From Amoebophrya sp. A120 (lineage: Eukaryota; Protista; Dinoflagellata), in contig CAJINV010000001.1 in NCBI GenBank assembly GCA_905178155.1, positions 14,219,265-14,283,264 of the forward strand: DNA of 64,000 bases. The letters are read 5' to 3'. Positions 1 to 10,762 of this stretch are shown one piece after another. The first letter of the stretch is position 1, and each line of letters begins with the position of its first letter. The position numbers and the translations under genes are program-made. The notes under the pieces were generated by a model that was not told the origin of the DNA, made no database searches, and saw nothing but the letters and a program-made list of their open reading frames with translations.

Positions 1-3000
1 ATCTTCAGCACGCAACTTTCTGCCGCTGTTCCTGGCTCTCGTGCTGAAGATTAGTGATAGATCATACACACCACGAACATGAGCGTTACACCAGCATTCT
101 CCTTGCTGCAGGAATCAAGGTTGAGTGACCCAAGCCAGGAAAAAGGACGACAGATTACAGAAGTAATTTGAATTTCTGCGAGATCACACAACACAAGGAA
201 ACTGTGAAAAATTATTTTTTCAATCTTTTCATCAAGCAACGAGCGACTCTTGAAACATCAAGGGTGGGCAACATAGATAGTTAGTACTACTAGAAGAATA
301 ACGAAGCACGTGAGTTGTACATTCTGCCCGGTGTCGCAGCGTGTTGTACCAAACATTTTCCGCGGAGAAGACGACATTTACTTTCTGAATCGGGCAGGTG
401 AGGGCGTACGGTGATGGTCCCGCTATGGCAGATCCAGTAAATCGACCTGAGATGATAGGCAGCACAGGATTTCAAAAATTTTCGGAATATGACAAGGTTT
501 CTTGTTATTAATTTGGTTATTTCGCATTGGATTCAGACTGTTCCAACTCACTGTCACAGCGTCCTTGATCATGAATGAAATATCTTTTTCAATACCCTTC
601 TTCGCGGCTTCGTGTCGCTCGCGTAGGCGTTTTATGATAGTGGACAGTCCCCCTCGCCCAACTATTTTTCCGCACACATAAACGCAAAACTTCCAGCATT
701 TTTCTAGCGCTTTTCAGCAATACGACCTTGCGTGAGAGGAAATCGCATTTACAAGACTTCGCACAGTACTGTGATCCACACCAATGTCGTGCTTTGGTCT
801 GTCAACACATAAGGTTGATCTACGTGTCCTCTGATGTTGTCTCTGTTGCTCGCTCTTGGCCTTGCGCCGTATTAAACTCTACCCATTAAATATTCGAGGG
901 GATGAAGCTGAAGCAAGGGTGGGTGGAGTAGAGATGTCCACCTTGATACGCTTTACGCACCCCGTGATCGCCCCTACCGGTCCTGCTTGGTCTGGGTCGG
1001 CAGGTACGGCATTGTAGTAGGTCTCGCCCCGGCGCGGCACAAAGTAGCAACGGTTGGTGATTGGGTCCCAGAACTCGGTGTTGCCGCTCAACTGGTCCTG
1101 GCGCATCACATACATGCCGTCCCCGTCAGGAATCGCATCCACTGCCACACAAAAGCTTTTTACTTGGTGCCCAGGGTCCACCTGAAGGTTGTGTGATAGA
1201 AGGCGCGCTGTAGGAGATGTTCTTGCAACTTCTTACGATTCCACCACGTCGGTGAACCAATTGCAACGCGACATTCATCGAGAACAGAACAGCAAACTTT
1301 TTGACAAAACAGTGAGCAAAAACAGGAAAACCATTTTGAAAACGTCGAACAAGAAAATCCCTCCTATTAATACTTCCCCCCGCTTCGCGTCGATGTAGTT
1401 GAAGTAGTTGCACAAGAGTATGGCGTGCTCCTCGTAGTCCCCACACGAGATGTCCAGAAAAGTTTTGGAGGTGCACCAGAGATCCACAGCCCGGCCTTCG
1501 AACATCTGCCCGTCCGTCATGAAAGTGATCAGGGAGACGAAGCGAGCGCATTTTTCGATGGCAAAGGGGTCCATCATGTCTGCCACGATGTCCTCGGGTG
1601 GCGCTTGGGGCGTGATGAACCGCGTCACCAGCCGCGACCGGCCCTCGATGTCCGTGCCGAGAGCTTGGGCCAGGTTCTCCTTCACGATGCGATCGGAGCC
1701 TAGGGATGCCATCCACTGGTGCACGTGGTTCAATATGGCTCGGGATTCTTTTCCGGGAATGATCGGCGCATTGCCGCTCTCGGGCTCCGTCAGCACGCGG
1801 TCGAGCGTCACACTGGCAAACAGGAGCATGGGCTCCTCATTCTCTTCGCCTGTTTTTTTTTTAGTTTTTACATTGACGGCGCTAGCGCTTCCTCGTGAGC
1901 ATTGCGCTCGTGAATGACGTTATCCACGAGCGTATACTTACAGAAATATTTATAGTATCTTATCTGTTTGCTTATGCTTCGACTTTCCATGCGTCAATCC
2001 TTTATCTGCAGTTTGTCCCAGCAGAACGTTCTCCAGTGGGTTTGCGGCGTAATGTCAAAATAGGATTTTTCAATGAACCACAACCAAAGTAAGTAATGCA
2101 TAAGCATCAAATAAAGCGTATGATAAACCTTGGGTTGGATCTGGTGGCATTCCTTGTGCCATGCGCTGCTGTGCGGCAGCAGAGGGCGGTTTCTGGTAGC
2201 CGATGATTCCTACCGGCGCGTCGACGCGAAAGCGACCTTCTATTTTGCAGTTGTTTGCCAACACCGTGGGCCAAGGGAGCGCAAACGTCCCCAAATAGCG
2301 CCTCTCTCGCTTGGTGATGACCGCACCGCCCTGATTGCCATAGTTGTTGCTCGACCCGCTCATGGACAGGCTCGCCGTGCCCCCCGCTCCGGTTTGTATG
2401 CTGATCTTATTCCCTGAAAATTAAGCATCCATCCCCATCCACTTTTGCATGACAAACACAGACAAGACTTTTTTGCATGACAAATTGGATGGAGATGGTT
2501 ATTTAATTTTCAGGGAATAGATCTCCGTCTCGTCGAAAACGTTGAAATGCAGGGCGTTCGTGAACGCGTTGAGGGCGTCACCGGACAAAGATACGTTTGG
2601 GTTGAGCCCACTGGCCAGCGGGAAGACGCGGTGCTGGTTGATGTCTGGGTTCAAGCCCGGTATGCGGTACCCGGTGTCTGTTTTCAGCTCCATTTTGTCC
2701 ATGTTTTCGAAGGCAAGTTCCACGACGACCTCGGACACCGTGAGGCCCCTCTGGTTGCGCTCCAGCGCGGAGGGTATCCTCAGCGGCACGTTGTACAGCT
2801 TGGCCACGTTGATGTGGATGCCCGCGCGCTTGGAGCTGGGGTCGTGCAGCCGCTGCTGCATGGCCGGCTTCAGCGGACGCCGCGGCTTCAGGAGCGAGCT
2901 CAGTTTCTGCCACAGTGCGGCCCAGTCGATCTCCTCAGCGTCCTGCCCGTATTCGCGAACGACCGTTTTCACGGAGTACTTCCGCTTTACCGAAGACACC

Positions 3001-6000
3001 ATGCGAGTTCGCGCTTGGATCGCGGCGATGAAATCCTCTACCGCGGTCTCTTCCGCCTCGTCCTGCGAAGGCGGCTCCGCCGCCTGGGTTGTTCCGAAGG
3101 GGTCCGCAGGCGGAGCATCGCCTGTGGTTGGATAGTTCGCAACGAATTCTTAAGCGTCGGTGGCGGAAAGATAAGATCTAGTAATAAGTCGAAGTGCGCT
3201 CCTTGTATAATGTAGTTGTCCTGCTACTTAAGGTCAGATCAAAAAAGATAAACTGCAATATTTTTCAACATCTTCTGCAAAAGTCGTACTTTTCCTCGGT
3301 GTCAAGTCTTTGGGCTTGGGCGGGAGTTTGACTGCGACCGCCGTGCCGTCCTGCGCCGTGCTTGTGTCCTCGCCCGTGAGAATAGCGCGCGCGTTCGCGG
3401 AGATCTGTTGCATGCGCACCTCCTTGTCTGTGGCGGCAATCTGCTCCCCGCCCGCCGAGTGCTTCTGGGCCCGGAAGGCCAACTTGTGAAACCGGCGAGA
3501 CTGCTTCACGTTGCCCCAGTTGACGAATTTCAGGTTGCAATACAGCGACTTCAATGCCGGGTCAAAAGCGGTGGCTTCGGATTTGTGCAGCAACACGTCA
3601 AGCTCGTCGCGGCTTTGCTGTACCATGGGGTGGATCATACCGAAAAGCGCACCCATACGCATACCAGATAAAGACTGAATTTGCATATCCTTATCCATAT
3701 GCTGCGTTCATGGCGTAGTTGTGAAGATGCTGATCCGCAACAGGCAGAAAACAAGCCTGTCATGCGGATTGGAGATTGTATTTGTATTTGTAACTCCCGG
3801 ATGAAAGGGTACTTACAACTGGAGACACCGTTCGAATATTTGTGAAGCAGAAGAACAGACAAGAGCACCAGCATTTTTGTTTTAGTCTTGTCTTGTACGT
3901 GAAAAACTGCCCAAAAAATCTACTATGGGCGTTCTTTTTTGTAGGATAGGGTGGTTTGGATCGAACCGGAGGTCCTCGAGAAGTTGCTGCGTTCGCGAGA
4001 CCAGCAGACTGGAACCTCCGCCGCCAAATGCATCCGCGTTTTGAGAGTCTGTAGTTTTCATGCCTCGTTGGCGGGCAAAAGAACCAAGCGACAATTCAAG
4101 GTTGGGTGCACACCCAACTGCACACGACTCAGGAGATATTACAAAGCCTGCATCATGAAAAAATGGGTCCTTGGAGGAAAGGAAGTTAGTAAAAAATACT
4201 TACTCCGAGGGTCCTTGCCGCCTTGTTTGGAAAACCGCGAAAAAAAGGGCAAGTGGGTTCCTTCTTCAAACGCGCGGTGCAGACTTTCCATGGCCGTCGA
4301 ATCTGCCAGGGGCTGTGGCGGCAAGGCCCCGTCCTTCATCTGGTTGAGCGGCACGGGCCAGAACGTGCGCACCTTTATTACGCCGGTGGTGGTGCTTGTG
4401 TCCTCCATGGCAGACTGCAGTTCCTGCCTGGTTTGCGATTCCCGCTGGTGCGAGCGCGGGGTGCTTGCCGAGGTCCCCTCGACGTAGGTCTGGGTGGAAG
4501 TCGAGGAACGGGTCCCGGCGGCCGTAATCGCGCCGTCGGAGCCAAAAACCAGCTTCTGCCGAATGATCGGAGTGTGCGTCACCCGGGTGCCTTCCGCCGC
4601 TGGAATGGCGATCTGCACGCCACCAATTTTCGTCCACTTCCGTATTCTACCATGCGAGAAGATTCCCAGCGCGCGGGGCACTCCGACCCACACTTGCAGC
4701 TCGATGGTGCGCGGCATCGTGTGCACGCACAGATCAAACGTGTAGGGGCAGGCGGCGCGGGCGAGATCTGCGACCGCCCCGAGGTCCTGGTCTAAGATGT
4801 TACCTGGAATGAAGTGAGCGGAATCAATGGATACCTACGATGCTGCGAGGTGCGACGAATCTAAATAGCCCATTATTTCGCGGAGAGTTGCGTGCAACAT
4901 CGTGATCCATCATGATCTTGATCATCATGGAGGATGTACGTCGCGCAATATCCAAACTTCATCTGCGCTGTTTTTTGTAGATAAGTACTAAGGTTCGCGC
5001 TGGTGCTCCAGGAGTCCCACTGCACTGGCATCGCGCCGGATGTCCCGACTTGCTCTCCGTTGACCACTATCCTGTGCAAAAGTACCGCACTCGTTGTAAT
5101 TACAGTCATATATCAACATCATGCAAATGCATCGCAGATCTACCTTTCTATAAGATGTAGCATGATCATTGTGCTTTTGCTTTTGTGCTTGTGAAAATTT
5201 GTAAAAATGCAGCCATGATGTATAACTACTGCGATGCCGAAACTTTTGCACTGCATAACCACGCATGTGATCTCGACCTTCAGTACCCCACTTTGCAGCC
5301 GGCGTCGACGCTCGAACTCCTGCAGGGAGATCGGGCGGAGCTCGTCCATGTTTGTGACGCGTTCTCTCCTCCAGGAGAGCTCAAAGCGGTACGTGTCCGC
5401 CCCGGGCGGACGCCAGTTCGTTGCGTACCACTCGCGGAGCTGCTGTTCCGCCTGGCTCGGGTCAAATGGCTGCTGCTCCTGCTGCGCGAGGAATTCCAGC
5501 TCTTCGAGCTCCGCCTGCAGGTACTGCTCCACGCGTTTCTGGTCCTCTATGGGGCTCTCAAGCGTTACGTTGAGTGCTGTTGCATGTTGCTTTGTCACGC
5601 ATCAAAGTCTACCTCTACTTCGCGTGACAAGTCATTTAAGTACTTCTCTGTAACGCAAGAGGACGCACAGCAACCTTCCACCCTTCACTGTAGTTGCTAT
5701 TCCGGTGTAACAAACTCACGTAACAGGAACAGTCAACGTAACGCTTGAGTAGACTCCCATATCCTCCTCCGCATTGTGCGAAACCACCTGCGCTTCCAAC
5801 TTCACGGGCGTGCTGACAAAATTCTGCGTTTTGCGCAACGTGCGCAGCTGTTGCCACGTTTTGTACAGTGCGTCAGACACCGCGCTGCGTTCTCGTTTTA
5901 TGCATGGAGCAGATGTCTGTCTGGAAAGTCCAAGTTGTATATGCAAGTGAATTCAGTGAATGACAATGATAACAGCACTGCAAGATTAGCGATACACAGG

Positions 6001-9000
6001 CAAACCTGTCGACAGTTTTTTTATGAAGGGCCGTGAGTTAGTCCCACCGATTCCGCGTGGTCAGCTCCGTGTTTGCATGATCACAGGCAAGAGGACTTCG
6101 CGAGCCTATGGCTCAAATAGTCATATTAGACATAGGCATAGCTCAGACCGCTCATTAATATGTCAGACAAGCTCAACCTCAAGCATGCGACGTGTTGCAA
6201 TCTTCTACAGCCAGACATCTTTGCAATGCATACGCTCCACCTCCGTGCGAATGCTGCGAAATTTTTTCCTTTCCTGTACGTGCAATGCCCACCGGCGCTC
6301 CAGCGCATCCTTTTTCTTCAGCTCCGCGTCGTCCGCGGCGTCGCCTGGTCCGAGCGCATTGGATTGAGGCTGTTGCGCCTGTGCCTGTTTCAGGCTTTCC
6401 AGTAAAGTTTTGCCGTACGCCATCCAGGAAAAAAAAAACGCTACAGTAGTTCATCATACATCGTCGCTCAACAACACTTCTCGACGGCAACACAAGTCTG
6501 CCCTGCAGGACAAAAAAGCTTGTGCTTAAAGATTGATAGTGTGGAGATCTCAACAAGTGAAAACACGCACGAGACGAGACTTCGACGCTGTATTTCGGTC
6601 ATCATGGCAGAAGTTGCACTAGCACCACCTGTTGCCAACGTTTAACTAAGTGTACTAGAAGTACGACGCTAGTAGCTCCTGCACATTTTTCTTGCGATAA
6701 AGGCCACTAAGGCGTCGAACCGGCCGTCGAGAATCTCTATCGGATCTCCTTCTTCGCGGCGGCGGTACTCGTCGTATTGGTACAGGAGTCGTGCGGTGAG
6801 CCGGTCCTCCTCGGAATACAAGGTCGTCAGGATCTCCTTCGCGTTCTTCTCGCGAATGCCCAAGCCGTGCTGAAAAGAGGTAAAGGTGACCGTTTCCAAG
6901 CAGATCTTCAACGAGTACATGTGGTCGGCTTTCAACTGCATCCTTTCCGCCCGGAAGTTGTTCATCCGCTTGAACAGGGACCGCTCGTGTGAGTTCAGAA
7001 ACACTGGCATGGTTTGCCTGCTGGAAACCACTATGGATTGCAAAAATGTCTGGGTCTGGAAAGTTGGAACGTGTAATGCTGGTCTTGCATTCCTGTGAAA
7101 TCTGTATTGCATGACCAAAAACAGTGGTGGCCCCTTATTTCATACAAAAATGCAGTTTCTCATGTGGAGTTCGTATGAGAAGGCGTGCTGCAATCTTGTC
7201 ATGTTTTCCTGCATAAGGAAGTGACTTCCTCTTGCACATTTTAGCATCACAAGTTTCTAGACCCAGACATTTTTGCATTTGATAACCACCTCAAAGTCGC
7301 AAAACTGAATCAGCTGCTCCAGCTCCGCGTAGTACTGCTGCCAGGTGGGCAGCGTGCCACGCTATGGGCTGCAAGTATGTCTGGGTCGTCTCCCGGAGGA
7401 GGAGGAGCGCCAGCCTGTGTAATATCATACCCTTGCAACGCGTTGTAAGTGAAGCCAAACTCTGCTGTGCATGGAGCGGATCAGCGTCAGCACCTACATA
7501 GATTGGCATCCAAAAGCGTCACCCTTGTTCCTGTCATGCAGCTATTTTCTTTGGTAGTTAGTGGAGTTCTTTCCTCATGGAGACACTGTCTAGCGCTACA
7601 AGTTTCCTTCATCCCGGCCCAAACTTAGTTGCAGTGGATACGCGCTTGCGGGCAACGATTTTTTGGTACATGTCTTCCAGCGCGTTTCCGGATTGGGGCT
7701 GCGTCGCTCCTGGAAAAAATAGAGACTTTCATCTTCAGGTGATTTGATGATCCGCAATGGAGGCAAGAACTGTAAAGAAGTGCTCGTCCTTCCAAATGCA
7801 AAGTCATTGCTCTTGGTGCAACCACATCAGATGTAAAAATGAACGAAAATACGACTACAAAAGATTCTTGACAGCCGGAGTTGTCTGATACCATAAGCCT
7901 GCTGCTGTCTCGCAATGACGATCGGTCCTGCGCTACTGTCGCCTCCTACTTGTGGAAACTCGGATATTTGCTGGCACTTTTTGGCCAGGGCGATTTTCTC
8001 GCGCATTAGCTGCAGCAAGAGGCGCCAGTAGTTCCACGGTTCGTGCTCCCGCAAGTTCGCTCGACTGCGAAAGAGTCCGTCGTCTGCATTCAACAGTGCG
8101 CGGACAAAGTGGTCGTAGTGCCAGTCTTCGTGCAACACCAGCGGATTTGTCGTGAAGGCGTGGTGGTGCAGCGCAAGCCAGCGCACTATCCACAGTAAAC
8201 GCGGCGTACAGGTACAGTTGGGATGAACCATGCACAACAATTAAACTTTCAGACCATCAAAACCATACTCGCATGGGAATCATTGTAAGAATTCATCTGG
8301 CGCTCCTGACTAAGACTACGTAGTAGGTTTTGGACGAGTGGCAGTCAGTGGCAAAAACATCACATTCACAGTTCTAATTTTGTATCGTCATGCATGTTGT
8401 AGCTGTACTCACCTGTACGCGCAAGGAGCGCACGCATGGGAATGGGAAATTTGTATTCCATACGTGAGAGGAAGCCTTCGCTGCCTGCCAGGGCGCGGAC
8501 GCGGAGCAGAAAAGGATGCAGGGGTATCATGGACATAACTTGCTCTTCGTTTTTGGTAATCGGACTTTGCTCCAGTGTTGGATTGCGACATCTCGTAACC
8601 ACGGTTCGGTCCCCACCGGCACTGCGCGTCGCCTTCTTCGCGCCTCCGACGCGAGAGAACATCCCCGCTCCAGGGTACGGCGCAGAGGAATTGCGACCCC
8701 CATTTCGTGGAGGTGGATACGAGGCTGACATGGCAGTGTCGCCATTTGGATTGTTGTTCCCCTGTCCACCGTCCATGGTTCCGAGGCCCGGCAATTGCTG
8801 CGTTGAGCGCGGGTCTTCTTCCTTCTTGCTGGATCGCGTTACGCGGCTCACGAGACCCCCTAGGGCGGCTTTCGTGCTGTTCTGTGGTGAAATTTTGAAA
8901 CGCAGAAATTTTATTTTGGTTTTACCCTTCACCCATTGACCTCGCACATTAAGTGTACAAATATTAACGCTGAAATTGTGAGGCATGCACGAGATGATAG

Positions 9001-9768
9001 TGGATCAAACCGAAAATGTGATGGTATCCACCAGCGCAGCATGTTTATTACTGCAAGATCAGCCGCTTTTGATCCAGTGGTCTGCTGGTTGTCACCTCCA
9101 CCAGGTGGATTGTTTCCCGCGCCGAAAGCCGGTGTCTGACCCCCTTGCTGCATGCCGAACCCCCCGGGGGGGCCGGTACCGGACCCACCGAGGTTCATCC
9201 GTGGACTGGGCTGCGTGGCGGTGCTGCCAAATCCGGCTCCAGGTCCACCGAACCCGGGCGTGCTCCCCGCGAAGGAGGGTGGTATCAAAACGAAGAAAAT
9301 AAATCTCCCTTAACTTTCCTCACATTTTCTACTTCGTTCTAGTGCTGGGCATAAAATAATCAGAATTTTGCGACGCCCTCGAGATTGGCGTACACAAATC
9401 AAAATAGAAATTAGCAATTGGCTGCACCATTGAGGGATCGCAGAACTGCGCTTCTATTGATTGTGCACCAGTAATTGCTGCATACGCATCGAGAAGTTTG
9501 ACAAATCCAATATCCATGGTGGGTTTGAAAGACGTACCATTACAGATGGCCTTCAGAATGCTGCCTGCAGCTCTTGGTTTCCATATACTTATGTGCAAGA
9601 CAAGGCCGATCATTTGTGGCCACAACAAGGAAGTCGGCATGGCAAAGTTTCCCTTGGAGGATGGAGTGGGGAGATTATCTTCCTCATAATAGGCTGCTGC
9701 CCTCCGCCAAACGTGGCGGTCGAGGAGGAGGACCCCCCATACTGAAACTGGCTGGAGTTGTTATACAT
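1..9768 (-). CDS. CC2D2A: CC2D2A/MKS6-like ciliary transition-zone protein (multi-exon; 3' end probably runs off the window start)
   Basis: Exons carry CC2D2A/CEP76-type C-terminal motifs in order: HFNVFDE, ERRYLGTFALPW..IEGRFRVDAP, CARFVSLI, DLWCTSKTFLDISCGDYEEHAILLCNYF, AIPDGD.YV, EFWDP, CPIQKVNVVFSAENVWYN. A C2-like segment and coiled coils lie upstream. Exons join in frame across GT-AG introns (e.g. 1182-1373, 1850-2128) and TIR elements. The start ATG at 9768, whether the low-complexity N-terminus belongs to this gene, and several junctions are uncertain. Confidence 0.8.
2408..2519. mobile_element. TIR introner-like element, family D (112 bp), direct repeat GATCT
   Basis: GATCT|TATTCCCTGAAAATTAA...TTAATTTTCAGGGAATA|GATCT, with a perfect 17-bp inverted repeat that extends imperfectly. 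Removal with one repeat joins FDETEI to SIQTGAGGTASLSMSGSSNNY in frame. Confidence 0.92.
5068..5257. mobile_element. TIR introner-like element, family B (190 bp), direct repeat ACCAC
   Basis: ACCAC|TATCCTGTGCAAAAGT...ACTTTTGCACTGCATA|ACCAC. Removal gives KVEITCVVNGEQVG in frame. Confidence 0.9.
5548..5761. mobile_element. TIR introner-like element (214 bp), direct repeat TCCTC
   Basis: TCCTC|TATGGGG..CTCAAGCGTTACGTTGA...TCAACGTAACGCTTGAG..CCCATA|TCCTC, with a perfect 17-bp inverted core. Removal gives NAEEDQKRVEQYL. Confidence 0.92.
5899..6232. mobile_element. Degenerate TIR element, family A (334 bp), imperfect repeat CGTTT/CGCTC
   Basis: Left end TATGCATGGAGCAGATGTCTG versus reverse complement of right end TATGCATTGCAAAGATGTCTG. 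Removal gives RTEV(E/K)RERSAVSDALY. Confidence 0.8.
6421..6699. mobile_element. Strongly decayed TIR element (CAT...ATA ends, repeat TACGC/AAGGC)
   Basis: Weak inverted repeat ATCCAGGAAAAA versus ATCGCAAGAAAAA. Removing element plus 5 bp joins FDALVA to (Y/F)GKTLLESL in frame. Confidence 0.5.
7032..7284. mobile_element. TIR introner-like element, family A (253 bp), direct repeat ACCAC
   Basis: About 31-bp TIR, TATGGATTGCAAAAATGTCTGGGTCTGGAAA...TTTCTAGACCCAGACATTTTTGCATTTGATA. Removal gives QFCDFEVVSSRQTMP. Confidence 0.93.
7363..7640. mobile_element. Degenerate TIR element, family A (278 bp), repeat CACGC/CGCGC
   Basis: Left TATGGGCTGCAAGTATGTCTGGGTCG versus right reverse complement TATCCACTGCAACTAAGTTTGGGCCG. 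Removal gives MYQKIVARKRGTLPTWQQYY. Confidence 0.8.
9283..9691. mobile_element. Degenerate TIR element (409 bp), repeat GGTGG/GGCTG
   Basis: Left TATCAAAACGAAGAAAATAAATCTCCC versus right reverse complement TATTATGAGGAAGATAATCTCCC. Removal joins two Gly-rich exons in frame (GGGQQPSFAGSTPG). Confidence 0.65.
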
Positions 9769-10762
9769 GACACGGCGGGGTAGAAGACGGGCAGAAGCCA
9801 CGGCCTAGTCAAGCCTTCGGAGGCAAAGTAGAACGAACCGAATGAAGCCGAAGCTCCGAGCGCAGGAGCAGGACCATCTTGCGTTCACAAACTTCTGTAG
9901 TACTGCACTTAACTAATGACGGAGTAGAGTTGTTAGAGTGCTGCCAGCAGCTGCCTGCAAGACGTATGAATCATAAGAGGTTGTTGATGTAGTTCATCTG
10001 GACTGTTGTATCGGTATGGACACACACGCCTTGGCTTTTTTTCTTTGTAAGTTATACAGTCATTCGCATTCCCTCGACTACAAGTCGCGCATCTTGCTGC
10101 GCTCCGCTCTCAACGTAGTTTTCATCTAGATACTCATACACTCATCCGGCGTGGTGACCTTTAGCTTCAAGAAAGATACACTCACACAACTCCAACCGGA
10201 TTTCATGTACACTACCTACGATGATCCCGTCAGCGTTGCCGGAGTGACTTTTCTCCTGGAACAGGTGGCAGCGCTGACACCAAGGGCGCGCCCATGCTTT
10301 GATCTCGACAACTCCACGTGTGTGCCTTCGTGCTGTCGCTATTGGGTTATGGTGCCTTTCCATTTATTTGCTTCGAAGATGAAACTTTTTGATTTTGTGC
10401 CGCGATAGTTCGCTCTCCAACAACGGACCACATTTTATTGATATGTTTCCAAAAAAATTCTACATCAAAAACATTATTTGTAAAGAAGCAGCCACGTCGT
10501 CGAACAAGTGGTCTTGAAGAGCACACTCGTCAAGCACACCTCTTTTTCATATCTTACAAAAAATAATCATGCTATCTAACTCAAATAGCCTGCAGCGTTC
10601 TTTGCATTTATGGAAATTGCGTTTGTTCGTGTACTTAGTGGAGCGATCTGCCTAGGAAAGGAACCACGCAGTCTAGCAGCAAGCAGGATTTTTGGGATGA
10701 AAAAAAATTGGAACCACGTATATCGTAAGTAGATGTTGTTATCGATTCGGATATATTGCACC

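Noticed and set aside
4101-4118. Hairpin GTTGGGTG-CA-CACCCAAC
   Set aside because: Isolated 8-bp stem with no second copy and no flanking repeat.
10142-10408. Overlapping short ORFs on both strands
   Set aside because: Neither could be tied to a family or to a supported splice junction.
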